Assembly: GCF_009914755.1 (NCBI RefSeq)
Contig: NC_060930.1
DNA length: 64,000 nucleotides
From: the human T2T-CHM13v2.0 reference genome, Homo sapiens
Strand: one strand, 5' to 3'
The notes below the pieces were generated by a model. That model was not told the origin of the DNA. It saw only the letters and a list, made by a program, of their open reading frames with translations, and ran no database searches. Position numbers and translations under genes: made by a program. This document shows, in pieces, positions 50,353 to 64,000 of the stretch (its first letter is position 1; each line of letters opens with the position of its first letter).

Positions 50353-51669
50353 AGCATAATGTTTTTAAGGTTCATCCATGTTATAGCATGAGTCCGTATG
50401 GAATTTATAACAGTCCAATAGACTTCTTAGGTGTTAGTCCCCAGTGTGTTGTGCTGAGCGGGGTATGGACTGAGGCACTGGCTTATCATCTCCACTAACC
50501 CTGTGTGTATCCACGTGACACACATCCAGAGGCTCTCATGCTGCTCAGCTTTAAAGGGGCAATGTTTCAAATTAAAAACTGAGCTACTTTTTATTTTTTG
50601 AAATTAAAACAAATGCCATTGCTGTCTTTGACAATGTGACCCCCCCCTGGAAAGATGTTCATGAATCCTCTAGAGAATCACGAGCACCTTATGGGACCCC
50701 CATGAGGTGGACCTTTTTGCAGCCATTAGATGTGATGCTCATGAAGACAAAATCTACGAGAAAAATGTTTATGATCTAATGTCACAGGGGAAAGTGTAAT
50801 ACAAGGTCATAGTATGCTATGAAAATTAGAGGAAGACCATTTAAAACTGCGTAAAGACACTTCTGATGAGAAGACAGAAAGGGAATGTACAAAATAATAA
50901 CAATACCATGCTGGATGGTAGAACCATGGGTACATTTTTTTCCCTCCTGAACTTTCCAAAGATCTGTAATGTGCTTATATTACTTTCATAATTTAAACAA
51001 TGATCACTGGCCTTGAGCAGCTTTTTGCTCAAGTCAACCTTGGTTCAAGCCATCACAAAAGTACATGCAGACCCTCATGTATCAATAGATAGGAATCTTT
51101 AAGTTAAATGATTGGAAAATTACACAGGAACCACTTTCTAATGTTCACTTTGGAAAGATAACTGCCATTGGCTTGCCTTTTAGAAGACAGCTTCTTTTAA
51201 TGAGGCCCTTTTTGTACTTCATTAATCCACCCCCAACGGCCTTTAATTAGACCAAATTCTGTTTCCCACACACTTCTTTAAACAAAAGAACAGTACATTC
51301 ATGTAATGTACCAGGCCACCTATTTAGCCCACCTGTTTTAATGTGTTGGGAAGGACATCGGCTTGGTTGTTCAGGAGGTCTGAGGTCTAACCGTAGCTGT
51401 GTGGACTCTGGCAAGTGAAACTCCCTTCTGAACTTTTTTCTTTCTCATCTGTTCCATGTGAATGGGAGTCCTGACTTCTATGGAGCTCTAAGTGAGAAGG
51501 AAATTCTCAGCTCCTTAAATGATCTCTGTATTTCTCATAAGTAGACATACTCAGGCTGAAAAGCAGGAAAGTAGAAGTGTGATCAAAAGGCTGGAAAGCA
51601 GGAAAGGGAAGTGTGATCAAAAAGGGTTCACATGAAAATAAGCAAGACAGGAGAGAAAGCACTGGAGGG

Positions 51670-51814
51670 TGAACCTCAGGAGACCTGAATTCTACTCCCA
51701 GCTCTGCCACTGGTCACTGGCAATCCTGAGTTAGTCATTTCCCTTCTTTAGGGCTCAGTTTCTTCTTCTGTGAAATTAGGTGACAGGTCCTAAGGCCCCT
51801 CCGGTCACAAATTC

Positions 51815-51815
<1 letters not shown>
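51670..51815 (+). mobile_element. MIR fragment
   Basis: ggagacctgaattctactcccagctctgccact..ctcagtttcttcttctgtgaaat. Confidence 0.65.
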
Positions 51816-52130
<315 letters not shown>

Positions 52131-52873
52131 CTCCCTCCTGTCACAAATTCTATTAATATGTGATGCTATATCACAGGACAAGGATTGCCTATTTAGCCTC
52201 ACTTGGTTCTTACAGGACCTCTTTGTTATTCAAAGGACTCAGCAAAATGTTGACTTTTTAATCTTTTAATTCATTCTCCCGTCATCTGTGAAGTAAATCA
52301 GAGGAGAAAATCCAGATCAACATTCCCATTTAAGCCAGTTTCTTGAGGCTGATACTTAACAAACAATAAACTGATGAATCATGAGATGGCCTTGGAAAAT
52401 ATTAGACACTTAAATCTTCTCAACATTTTTCAGGAAATAGGCTGTAAATGGGGGAAGAAAAAAATGTAAATGTGTTCAAGATGGGGAATTGTCTTAAATA
52501 AAAATAACTACATTTTATTTTTAAATTAAAAAAAAAAAATACTTCCCCTGCAAGAACTTAGGATGAGAACAAAAATACTATTAGGGTTTTTTTTCTTTAG
52601 AACTCACAGCCAACTCTTGCTAAACAGAGCATTTTGGAAAATTTGCATCATGGCTGCAGATTCAGGCAAGGAGGGTGGTTGGGATGGGTGACTTTTCCAG
52701 CCACTTTCCCAGTTACTTGGTTTCCCTGATGGTGACACTCTGCTGTAAAACCAAATGCCACAATCATCAGGGGAAGGTGTGGGGTAAAAGCATGGAGGTG
52801 GCAACGTTTATCTTCCGGCTCAGTACCTGGTTGTCTCCTGCAGTGGCAACTCCTCTAAAAAGGTGCCCACTAA

Positions 52874-53183
52874 GGCCAGGCGCAGTGGCTCACGCCTGTA
52901 ATCCCAGCACTTTGGGAGGCCGAGGCAGGCAGATCATGAAGTCAGGAGATCAAGACCATCCTGGCCAACATGGTGAAACCTCGTCTCTACTAAAAAAAAA
53001 AATACAAAAAATTAGCCGGGCGTGGTGGCAGGCGCCTGTAGTCCCAGCTACTTGGGGGGCTGAGGCAGGAGAATATTGTGAACCCGGGAGGTGGGCTTGC
53101 AGTGAGCCGAGATCGTGCCACTGCACTCCAGCCTAGGCAACAGAGCAAGACTCTGTCTCAAAAAAAAAAAAAAAAAAAAAAAA
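52874..53183 (+). mobile_element. AluSc/Y
   Basis: TSD aaaaaggtgcccacta. Confidence 0.94.
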
Positions 53184-55367
53184 GGTGCCCACTACACCCA
53201 TAATCCTTTTTGTTTCTTTCTTTTTTTCCACACAGTCAAAGCTTTTTCCCAGGACAAAACTTCTAAGTGTATTGTTCAGATCTATAAGTGATCGAGCATG
53301 TCCTACATGGCGTTATATGTTCCCAATGTTGATAAGCTTCTACAGGATTCAAAGGCAGAATTTTCCAGCTACAGTTACAGTCACCAGCCTGGGTTGAGAT
53401 AGCATGGGGATGTGAGAGGAAGGGGTGTTTCTAGGGTCTATCCATCAGGGTTCAGTTGCAGAAACCACTAGGGCTAACTTAAACAAATGATTCCTTGACA
53501 AGAGAAATAGGTACTTAAAAAATTGTTTGAGGGGCTGTAGGAAGAGCCCTACGGTGACCTTCCAAGAATGACTCCCCAGAACAAGATGGCAGAAGTGGCC
53601 CATAAGGGAGCTGCTTCTTCTGTCACTACAATAAGTTGGAGAATCAGGAAATACCAGAAATACTAGGATCACATCGTTCCTGACACCCACAAAGCTAAGA
53701 ACCAGACACTGGGACTCTTCCCACTTCTGTCACAGAACTCCATTTATCTCCACACATGTGCATGCCAGGAGAATGACAGAGAATAGCAGAACTGTGGCCC
53801 CCACCTTATATCTGTCTTCCAAACTCCCAAGTGAGTTTCCTTGATGGACTCAGAACTCAGCTCTAAAGGAGTCTAGGAAATTAATAGTCTTTCTCTTTTT
53901 ATCTGAAGCATTTAGCAAGGCATATTAGCGGAAAAATTACCCCCACTTGTTTCTGCCCTGGAATCCTATAAAAGTTGATCAACCTTGGGAACATATAACC
54001 CATTGTAGGGTATTCTCAACCACTTATAGCTCAGAACAATGCATTTCAAAGTTTTGCTGGGAGTCGGAATGGAGCTGAGTGGGCCTATCTGTAATATTTG
54101 TCATGGAGTGGGGAAAAACACAATTCCCCCTAGGCCCCTTAAGGTTCACTATGATACACCAAAGCCAGCCCTGAACATCATCATGTGTATAAGAAGAATC
54201 TATGCAAAGTGTAAGACCTTCTGGTGGGGGAGGACTCTGAGTACAGAATATAAATCACTCTTGGCTTCCCAGAGCTTACGCTGACTCATTTGAGAAACAG
54301 AAAAAGTGACTGGCAGGCCAACATATACATACACATGCATATAATATACATATATGCACACACATATATATGAAACTTTTGAAAAAAATGCACTAGGGAA
54401 TTTATTATTTGCATATTTAAAAAATCTACCTTAGATAGCGTCAGTATGTAGAGGCTAGGGACATGTTCAATTCCAACATTTATTGAGGGCTGACTGAGTA
54501 CCATCTGAGGGCTAGATACATCCATGCGGGCTTTTCCATTTAGTCTTCATAATATGTGAATGTAGAATTCCAGAAGCATGAGATAGCTAGACACATAGAT
54601 ATCCTTGGATATATAAAACAGTTATTAGATTTCCCTGGCTGGGAAATTTAGGGATAGAAACTGAGTATGTGTGTAGATGATGCATTTATCTTTATTGAGA
54701 AAGTGAGCATTGAGAGGAAGGTGCACTCATTTAGAGAAGATGTCGGATTTCCAAAATCAGACATGTGGGGAATAAATATGTGTAGCTCACATGGCATTGC
54801 ACTGCTGATGATCATCTTAACTATAATTTAAAGGTTAGATTATAATTTAATGGTGTTATGAATGAAGTGTTATGACCTCGGCATACTGCCTGGTTGATGT
54901 GTGCCTGTATATGCACACTTGTGTGTCTTGGGGAGGGGGACGTTCTGTTTCAGAAGTCACCAAAAAGAAAGTTATTCTTCTACTTAAGAGGAAGCAGTAA
55001 AACACTAACCCACTGACACAACACATCACAAAACACAGAACACAGAAGTAGCTGGTCAGAACTCTCATATTCAAAGGCAGATCTTCCATCTCCAGCAGCC
55101 AAAGACTTAAGCCATGTTCCGGGTAAAGTAACAAGAGGAAGGTGTTTTTCGGAACCATCCTGAGGAAATCAAAGGCTTTTGGGGGGCAACTGAATGGGTA
55201 AGGATTCTGTATTTATAGGTAGAATGTGTCCAAGATGGATGGAGGAAGACCTCCTGATTTGGGAGGTAAGTCTTGCCACCAGGTGGCACACACTATTGTC
55301 TTTCTTGTTCTCTTTTATTTCTTTAATTTTCTATATTGATAGTAATAATAATAATGGTATCTATTGA

Positions 55368-55674
<307 letters not shown>

Positions 55675-56125
55675 CTACTGAGTTCTTATATATGTGTTTG
55701 GTATTTACTACCTCATTTAATAGGCATGTCATTGTTCTCATTTTACAGACAAGAGAAGGACACTTAAAGAGTTTACCAAAGCCATAGAAAAAATAACCAT
55801 GGACTCCAGGATTTAAACCCAGGTCTGTCCCCAGAGCCTGAGCTTTTAACCACCATTGAGGTCCTAGCATCAGGACCGAGTCAACGAAACTACTGTGGAA
55901 GTAGGCCCAGTTCTAGCACAAATGCAGAGAAGATGTGGAATAAAGTATAATCCAAATAAATCTCCAGGTGCTAGGAATGAAGAGAACCATCAAAGGCAGA
56001 GCAGCTAGCTGAGCTGATGTCATAGTAGCCCAGAAGAATATGGATCTGGAGTTAGGGCCGGGGGCTAATACCTGTGAGAGGACAGGAGGAAGGCAGCGAG
56101 CCCTGCATAAAATTGAAGGCCTTGA

Positions 56126-56245
56126 GCTGGCATGGTGGCACATGCCTGTAGTCCTAGCCACTTGGGAGGCTGAAGCAGGAGGACCGCTTGAGCCCAGGGG
56201 TTTGAGGCCAGTCTGGGCAACATAGTGAGACTCCGTATCTTAAAA

Positions 56246-56284
<39 letters not shown>
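56126..56284 (+). mobile_element. FLAM with (TAAA)n tail
   Basis: Alu monomer; TSD aaggccttg. Confidence 0.85.
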
Positions 56285-56608
56285 GGCCTTGTGGCACTCT
56301 TCCCCCCTTAAATGGAGATAGAAAAACTGGACATGGGCCCTGGGAATCAGCCAGGAAGCTCACCATTTGTTTAAGGTCTGGAACATGAGGGGGAAAATGT
56401 CATCCAGAGAAACCTAAACCCTGGGCCTATGCCATGTGCATAGGAGTGAGGGCCATTGACACACTCAGCATTCTGGCAGAAGCAAATGTGTGAATCATCT
56501 CCGCGGAGAAAATGTTACTACTCAAGAGTTTCAAGGATTCCCATTGGGAGAAACAACCTGCTGAAGACAAGTTCACAATAAAAAATTACAAACACCCTAC
56601 TATGCTGG

Positions 56609-57153
56609 TGAGAGTCAAATCCTGTCTAAGATTTAAAGAGTGAAAAATAGGTTGGACCGGAAAAAGAAAGAAAAGAAAAAGCAACTGTCAATTCAAGCCA
56701 GAAAGAAGACAGACATAAAGAAAGCCAGCTGCAAAGTTCACAGGAACATTGCTTCCCCCAAAGTCAGTCGGCAGCTGTAAAATGCCATAAAGACCCCCTC
56801 TTTGAACGTTGACTGCTTTCCTACCAAACTCCCAGACAGCTTTGCCATACCCACCTATTGCTGGTTAGCCAATTGCTGAGCTACTGCTGCCTCATGGCAG
56901 CACCCAATACCTACTTAATCCCCACTTCTCTTAACTGACCCCACCCCCAACCAGAGTAGGAGCAACCAATCCAGAACTGATGCCTACTTCCCTTAGAATC
57001 TTCAGAATCCTTCAGCAGCTTCCTGTCTTCCCTCTTTGGAGCGACACTCCACATTTCCCCCGGAGTGGCCTCCCTTGCTGGACTGAGTTAATAACTAATT
57101 TGGTCAGACTACAGACTGGCTCCTGATGCTCCGTGGTGATTAGATTTTTATCA
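56609..57153 (+). mobile_element. probable solo LTR, family unassigned
   Basis: TG...CA ends, CCAAT boxes and LTR-like R/U5 layout; no clean TSD. Confidence 0.4.
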
Positions 57154-57269
57154 GTAGAGAGTTAGCATATGCAACAAACAGAAAAATTGGCACTTAACCA
57201 AAAGTCAATAGAGAATCTAGAGGATGCTATAAATAATAAGTTGACTTTAAATGATTAAAGAAATGATGG

Positions 57270-57495
57270 TGATAATGATAATGATAGCAAACATATAATG
57301 CTGTTCTAAGGGCTTCACAAAATATTAACTCATTCAATCCTCACAAAGTTCCTGTGAAGTAGGTACTATTGCTTTCTCTCTTTTACAGATGAGATATTAG
57401 GAAATTTGCTCATGGTTACCACAAGCTATTAGAGTGGCAGAGCTGAGATTTGAACCCACGCAGTTTAGTTCCAGAGCATATGCAACTAATCACTA
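57270..57495 (-). mobile_element. MIR
   Basis: attaactcattcaatcctcac..ttttacagatgag..gatttgaaccca. Confidence 0.75.
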
Positions 57496-57618
57496 TAAAT
57501 TAAAAAGCAACAGGACACTATTAAATAAAAGTAGGCCAATTTGAAGGAAGAACCAAATCAAACTTCCAGAAATGAAAAATAGAGTCACTCATTCATTCAT
57601 TCGTCAAATATTTATTGA

Positions 57619-58000
<382 letters not shown>

Positions 58001-58123
58001 AGAGTTTACATTTTAATGAAGAAGACACAATAAATATAATGCGTAGCATGTTAGGTAGGGCTAAGTGCTACACAGAAAAAATAAAGTAGGGAAGGGGGAT
58101 ATGAAACATCAAAAAGGGGGTTA

Positions 58124-58292
58124 AGGCCATGTGTGGCGATGCGCACCTGTAGTCTCAGCTACTGGGGAGGCTGAGGTGGGAGGATCACTTGAGCCTGGGA
58201 GGTCGAGGCTGCAGGTGCCACTGCACTCCAGCACTCCAGCCCGGGTGACAGAGTGAGACCCTGTCTCAAAAAAAAAAAAAGAAAAAAGAAAA
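58124..58292 (+). mobile_element. Alu right monomer (FRAM/AluJ)
   Basis: single forward arm with A tail. Confidence 0.8.
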
Positions 58293-58518
58293 CAGAGGAG
58301 ACGGGGCGGTTGAAATTTTAGATAGGGCGTCTGAGAAAGCCTCACTGAGAAAGTGATTTTTATTCCACTCCTGAAAAAGTGAGAGAGCAAGCCAAATTGG
58401 TATATGGGGAAGAACTTTTCAGGCAGAGGAAGCAGCCAGAACAAAGGGCCTGAGTGGGGAACCTGCCTGGTGTTTTTAAGTCACAGCAAGGAGCCTTGCT
58501 TGCTGTGTGGATAGAAGT

Positions 58519-58521
<3 letters not shown>

Positions 58522-58572
<51 letters not shown>

Positions 58573-58580
58573 CGAGAGAG
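58522..58580. repeat. (TG)n(AG)n microsatellite
   Basis: read directly. Confidence 0.97.
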
Positions 58581-59568
58581 AAAGTAATGGGAGATGAGTT
58601 CATGACATAACAGGGGGCCAAATCATGCAGGGGCTTGCAGGCCACACTGAAGACTTTGGTTTTACTCCAATGACAAGGGAGCCACTGGTGGGTTCTGAGC
58701 AGAGGGACATAAGGATCTGACTAAATTTCACAGCATCACTCTGGCAGCCATATTGAGAATAAAGTGTAGGTAGACCAGCCAGGAGACTACTGCAATAATC
58801 CAGGCAAGAAATGATGGTGACTTGGACCAGATCTATTTTTAGGTAAAACCCATAAGATTTCCAGTATTTGCAGTGTTAGACAAAGAGGAGTTAAAGGTTT
58901 TTAAACTGAGCATCTGTAATATCTGAGTACCACCTGTAATCTCATTAACTGAGATAGGAAAAATGGCAGGGTTTGGGAATGAAGATCAGGAGCTCCATAC
59001 TTCCAAGTGGAGATATCTCCTAGCCAGCTAGGTATAGGGGTCTGGAGTTTAGGGGGGAAATCTGAACTAAAGACATAAATTTGAAAATTATCAGCATGTC
59101 TGTGGTATTTGAAGTCATAAGACTCATGACTTCATCTGGAAAGTGGTTGAGATTGTAAAAAAGAGAAGAGGTCCAAGGACTGAGCCCTGGGGATTTCATC
59201 ATTAGGAAGTAAGGAAGATGAAGAGGAACCAGCAAATGAGACTGAAACAGAACACCCAGAAATACAGGAAGAAAACCAGGTGACAATGGTGTCTTCAAAG
59301 CCAGATGAAGGAAGTTATTAAGGTGTAAAAGCCAATAGATGGGTTAAACAGAAAATTAGGCCCAGATGAAGACAAAATTAGTAAATTCAAAGTTAGAAGA
59401 CAACGGAAAATTTAAAAAGAGTGATTAAGAGAAATGGAGGAAAAAGAGATTCAACATGCATTTAGTGAGCATCCCTGCAGAAAAGAAGAGGGAATATGAA
59501 AAAAGCAATCTTTAAAGAGGAGAATATCTAAGAATTTTCTATAATAAAATTTAAAAAGATGTGAGTGT

Positions 59569-60155
59569 TGTCGGCTGGTGGGTTGGTTTCCCTGGGAAGT
59601 AGACTGGGACACAGATTAGCACACAGGAGGCTTATCAGGGAGTGCTCTTGGGATCAGCACCAGTGTCGGGGGTGGAAGCAGGACTGGGCAGAGGGAGAGG
59701 GTGAGTTATGATGGAGTCTCAACTAAGACTTCAGCCACCTCATGAAAAGAATGACCTGGTTTGCCCAGGACTTGGAAGTTTCCTAGGATGTGGAAATTTC
59801 AATGCTAAAGCCAGGATAGTCTCTGGCAAACTAGGATGAGTTGATCATCCTACCACGGGGAACTCTGAGACGAACATGGAACTTTAGAATTGTCCACCAT
59901 GGGGATGAGAAGACTGGTTCTTTGTAGTCCTGCATCAACCAATCACTGGATGCAGCCTGTCTCCAGGAAGTAGTGTGACCCTGTGAGTAAAGCAGCACTA
60001 TTCAGCCGAGAGCAATTCCTGTAGAGGACTGACATTTCTGACATTTGAGCATTGTCTTCTAGAAGCAGCCCCAGCTCCCAGTACCCAGCATCTGGAGGAT
60101 TAGGTCCTTTGGTCTGGAAGAGAGATTTGGGTAGTGCAGGATTACATCTGCCATA
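59569..60155 (-). mobile_element. LTR40-like ERVL LTR containing a MER94-like MITE (about 59749-59852)
   Basis: gggagtgctcttgggatcagcacc..gaagcaggactgggcagagggag; MITE tggtttgcccaggac...ggcaaactaggatgagttgatcatcct. Confidence 0.6.
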
Positions 60156-60170
60156 ATGAGTCTTTCTTTT

Positions 60171-61010
60171 GACAGTTCTCAAAAGAAGATGTACAAATGG
60201 CCAAAAAACATATGAAAAAATACTGAACATCACTAATTATCAGGGAAATGCAAATCAAAGCCACAGTGTGATACCACCTTACTCCTACAAGAATGGCTAT
60301 AATTTAAAAAATTAAAAAATAATAGATGTTGGCATGGATGTGGTGAAAAGGGAACGCTTTTACACTGCTGGTGGGAAAGTAAACTAGTTCAACCACTATG
60401 GAAAACAGTATGGAGTTTCCTTAAAGGACTAAAAGTAGATCTACCTTTTGATCCAGAAATCTCACTACTGGGTATCTACCCGGAGGAAAATACATCATTA
60501 TATGAAAAAGACACTTGTACAAACGTTTATAGCAGCACAATTTGCAATTGCAAAAATATGGAACCAGCCCAAATGCCCACCTATCAACAAGCAAATAAAG
60601 AAAATGTTAAATATATATATATATATATATATATATAATGTATGTATGTATACACGCACCATGGACTACTACTCAGCCATAAAAAGGAACAAAATAATGG
60701 CATTTGCAGCAACTTGGATGGAGTTGCAGACCATTATTCTAAGTGAAGTAACTCAGGAATGGACATTGTATGTTCTCATTTGTAAATGGGAGCTAAACTA
60801 TGAGGATGCAAAAGCATAAGAACAATACAATGGACTTTGGGGACCGGGGGAAGGGAGGGAGGGTGTGAGGGATAAAAGACTACACATTGGGTACAGTGTA
60901 CACTGCTCAGGTGATGGATGCACCAAAATCTCAGAAATCACCACTAAAGAGCTTATCTATGTAACCAAATATCCCTGGTTCCCCCCCAAAACCTATTGAA
61001 ATTAAAAACA
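60171..61010 (+). mobile_element. L1PB1-like 5'-truncated 3' end
   Basis: ORF2 C-terminus (FIAAQFAIAKIWNQPKCP) and L1PB 3'UTR. Confidence 0.92.
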
Positions 61011-61039
61011 AGAAGAAGACTTGAAAGGATCAAACTGTG

Positions 61040-62000
61040 TTTTAGTAATTTAACTCTGTCCCAGAGCAAAGCTTGAGACATTTATAAGAATATGAAAACA
61101 TCCAGCATCTAACAAGGTAAAATACACAATGTCTGACATCCAATCAAAACTTACTAGGTATGCAAAGAAGTAGGAAATTATAATCCATAACAGTGAGAAA
61201 AATCAATTAATAGAACCATATTGAGAAACAGCACAGATGACAGAATTAGTAAATAAGAACATTGAAAGTTATTGTAAGTATATTTCACATGATTGAGAAG
61301 CTAGAGGAAAGACTGAGCATGTTAAGTAGAGACATGGAAGACATAAAAAAGGCCCAAATTGAACCCCTAGAGATGAAAACCATAATGTCTGAGATAAAAT
61401 GTCACCGTGTGGCCTGAACAGCAGATTAGACACTACAGGAGTTAATAGAACTCATCAGAAAGATTTAACAATCAGAACCACCATGTACCTAACAGTAAAG
61501 CCTTAAAGTCAAAGTGTATTAAGCAGAAATTAACAGATCCAAAGGAGAATTTGATAACTTCACAATCATAGTGGAAGATTTTAGTATTGCTTTATCAATA
61601 TTTGATAGTAAAAAAGTGAGATTTTAAATAAAATATATACTTTTAAACATTTTAAATAAAAATCCAAAGTAAGCACAAATTGGCATTGAAGGTCTACAAC
61701 CTCATGTATTGAGACATTTGTCATCTACCATGAGCTACTTTAGGGCAGGAACTGTGTCCTGTTTAGGATTGAATCTCCAGGGCCCAGCATGGGGCCTGAC
61801 ACTTTTTAGATTATCAATAAGTAAATACTTATACATTCTAAATAATAAGTGAATTCTAAATAAGTAGCTAAAGCATTAGTAAGTCTACAGAAGAATTAAA
61901 TGGGCAGTTAAACAGTTTGAATTAATGGAGATGTATACAACTGTACCCAATAGCAAATAGAGCATACATATTTATTTCAAAAACATGAGAACAACTAAAA
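61040..62000 (+). mobile_element. old L1 5'/ORF1-ORF2 fragments
   Basis: aaggtaaaatacacaatgtctgacatccaat; cacaatcatagtggaagattttag. Confidence 0.6.
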
Positions 62001-62611
62001 TAGTCAACCATACAGTAACCATTAGACAATGAAAATTTTGCTGTCATCCAGTTGCAGGCGACTCTAACTGTAACTGATGTTTTCTTGCTATATAAGCAGT
62101 GAATTCAGATACTTTTAATGGTTCTTGCAAGTATAGTTATTTTATTTTCTGGGAAGTTGAGGAGGGGGCAACACTTCCTTCCTCCCATTCTTCATGCTGA
62201 CAAGCTAATATCACTTCATAATCAGACAATAAAAACAAAAATCTTGATACAAGGACCTGACAGAACAGCAAGAAGCGATGTGGAACTCAATACAGCAGGT
62301 CCAAGAAGTGACTTAACAAAATCTCACAATCAGAGAATGTTAGAATTCAGCCCAAATCTCTGTATTGATCATCACCTTATTGAGAAGACGAGATATGAAC
62401 TGTAAAATTATACTATACTGATTGTATAATAAACGGACATTCAGTTTTCAGCTCATATGTTGTTTCTATAAACTCCCCTGTCAAAAAGTGCATTCAAGTA
62501 CATACTGCTATAGTTAGATATCTGGGTTGATTGAGCCCTATCTGATGATAGGCAGGACTCTCATGCCCAAGGAGATGAAATGAAATAGACATCAGTCTCA
62601 TGGAAGATTTC

Positions 62612-63350
62612 TTCTTTTTTTATAACAGTTTTATTGAGATGTAATTCATACGCCATACAGTTCATCCATTTAAAATGTACGATATGATGTTTTTAGTATA
62701 TTCACAGAGTTTTAAATCATCAACACAATCAATTTTAGAATATTTTCATTACCCCTGAAAGAAATTTTGTACCCATTTGTCCCATTAGCCATCATTCTTC
62801 ATTGCCCACAACCCTAGGCAAACACTAATCTACTTTGCGTCTCTATAGATTTGCCTATTCTGCATATTTCATATAAATAGAATAATATACTATGTGGTCT
62901 TTGTGATTGGCTTCTTTCACTGAACATTTTCAAGGTTCATCCATGTTGCAGCAGGTATCAGTACTTCATTCCTTTTTATCAAATAATAGCCTGTTGTATA
63001 GATAATACCGCATGTTATTAATCCACTAATCAATTGATAGACATTTGAGTTGTTCCTACTTTTCAGCTATTATGAATAGTGTTGCTACAAGGAATTCCTG
63101 TATAAGTTCTTGTGGAGACATAGGTTTTCATTTCTTTGGGTTGTATAGCTAGTAGTGAAATTGCTGGGTCATATGATAAACCTATGTTTCACACTTTGAG
63201 GAAATGCCAGATTGTTTTCCAAAGCAGCTGCACCATTTGACATTCTCATCAGCAGTGCAGAGTTCCAATTTCCCCACATCCTTGTCAATATTTGTTATTA
63301 TGTCTTTTTAAATTATAGCTATCCTATTTCATTGTGGTCTAAATATTGCT
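62612..63350 (-). mobile_element. L1MB-like 3' end
   Basis: cagttttattgagatgtaattcatac...ttttccaaagcagctgcacc. Confidence 0.85.
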
Positions 63351-63364
63351 TTAATGGGAGCTTC

Positions 63365-64000
63365 TTATTCTTTTTCTGTTTCCTTTTTTTTTTTTTTTTG
63401 AGACAGGATTTTGCTCTGTCACCCAGGCTGAAATACAGTGGTGTAATCACGGCTCACTGCAGCCTTGACCTGCAGGATTCAAGTGATCTTCCCACCTCAG
63501 CCTCCCAAATAACTGGGATTGCAGGCATGCACCACCACACATGGCTGACTTTGTTTTTTTTTTTTTTTTTGAGAAGGAGTCTCACTGTGTTGCCAGGCTG
63601 GAGTGCAGTGGTGCAATCTCGCCTCACTGCAACCTCCACCTCCCTCCGCCTCCTAGGTTCGAGTGGTTCTCCTGCCTCAGCCTCCGAGTAGCTAAGACCA
63701 TAGGCACGCGCCACCATGCCCAACTAATTTTTTTTTTTTTTTAGTAGAGACGGTGTTTCACCATGTTGGCCAGGATGGTCTTGATCTCTTGACCTCGTGA
63801 TCTACCCACCTTGGCCTCCCAAAGTGCTGGGATTACAAGTGTGAGCCACTGCGCCAGCCCTCCTAGCTAATTTTTAAATTTTTTGTAGAGACTGGGTCTT
63901 GCTATATTGCTTAAACTGGTCTTGAACTCCTAGGCTCAAGCAATCCTCCTGCATCAAGCCTCCCAAAGTGCTGGAATTGCACGCATAAGACACTGTGCCA
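63365..64000 (-). mobile_element. AluJ with a younger Alu (63550-63859) nested in its middle linker
   Basis: J right arm, complete AluS, then J left arm. Confidence 0.9.

Overview
Hominid (probably human) non-coding DNA, dominated by interspersed repeats: about 45 Alu/FLAM copies, L1, L2 and MIR fragments, MaLR/ERVL/ERV1 LTRs, hAT and Tigger MITEs, and one SVA, which restricts the source to apes. No intact protein-coding gene is supported. The longer ORFs are Alu, SVA, L1 or simple-repeat read-throughs, except one processed RPL36A pseudogene (43927-44339). A U13/SNORD13 snoRNA retrocopy lies at 49753-49857 on the minus strand. The most unusual structures are: (i) a chimeric L1PB insertion at 39059-43347 that reads like a retrotransposed transcript initiated in an MSTA/THE1-type LTR, running through about 100 nt of foreign flank into an L1 that lacks most of its 5'UTR and all of ORF1, possibly through splicing; (ii) a MER41-int/MER41B segment inserted as a polyadenylated L1-type retrocopy with a 17-bp TSD and two intact STAT (GAS) motifs; (iii) an SVA polyadenylated in the middle of SINE-R; and (iv) several template-switch scars. 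I found no new gene system. Repeat family names come from recalled consensus sequences rather than a database search, and boundaries of old repeats are approximate.
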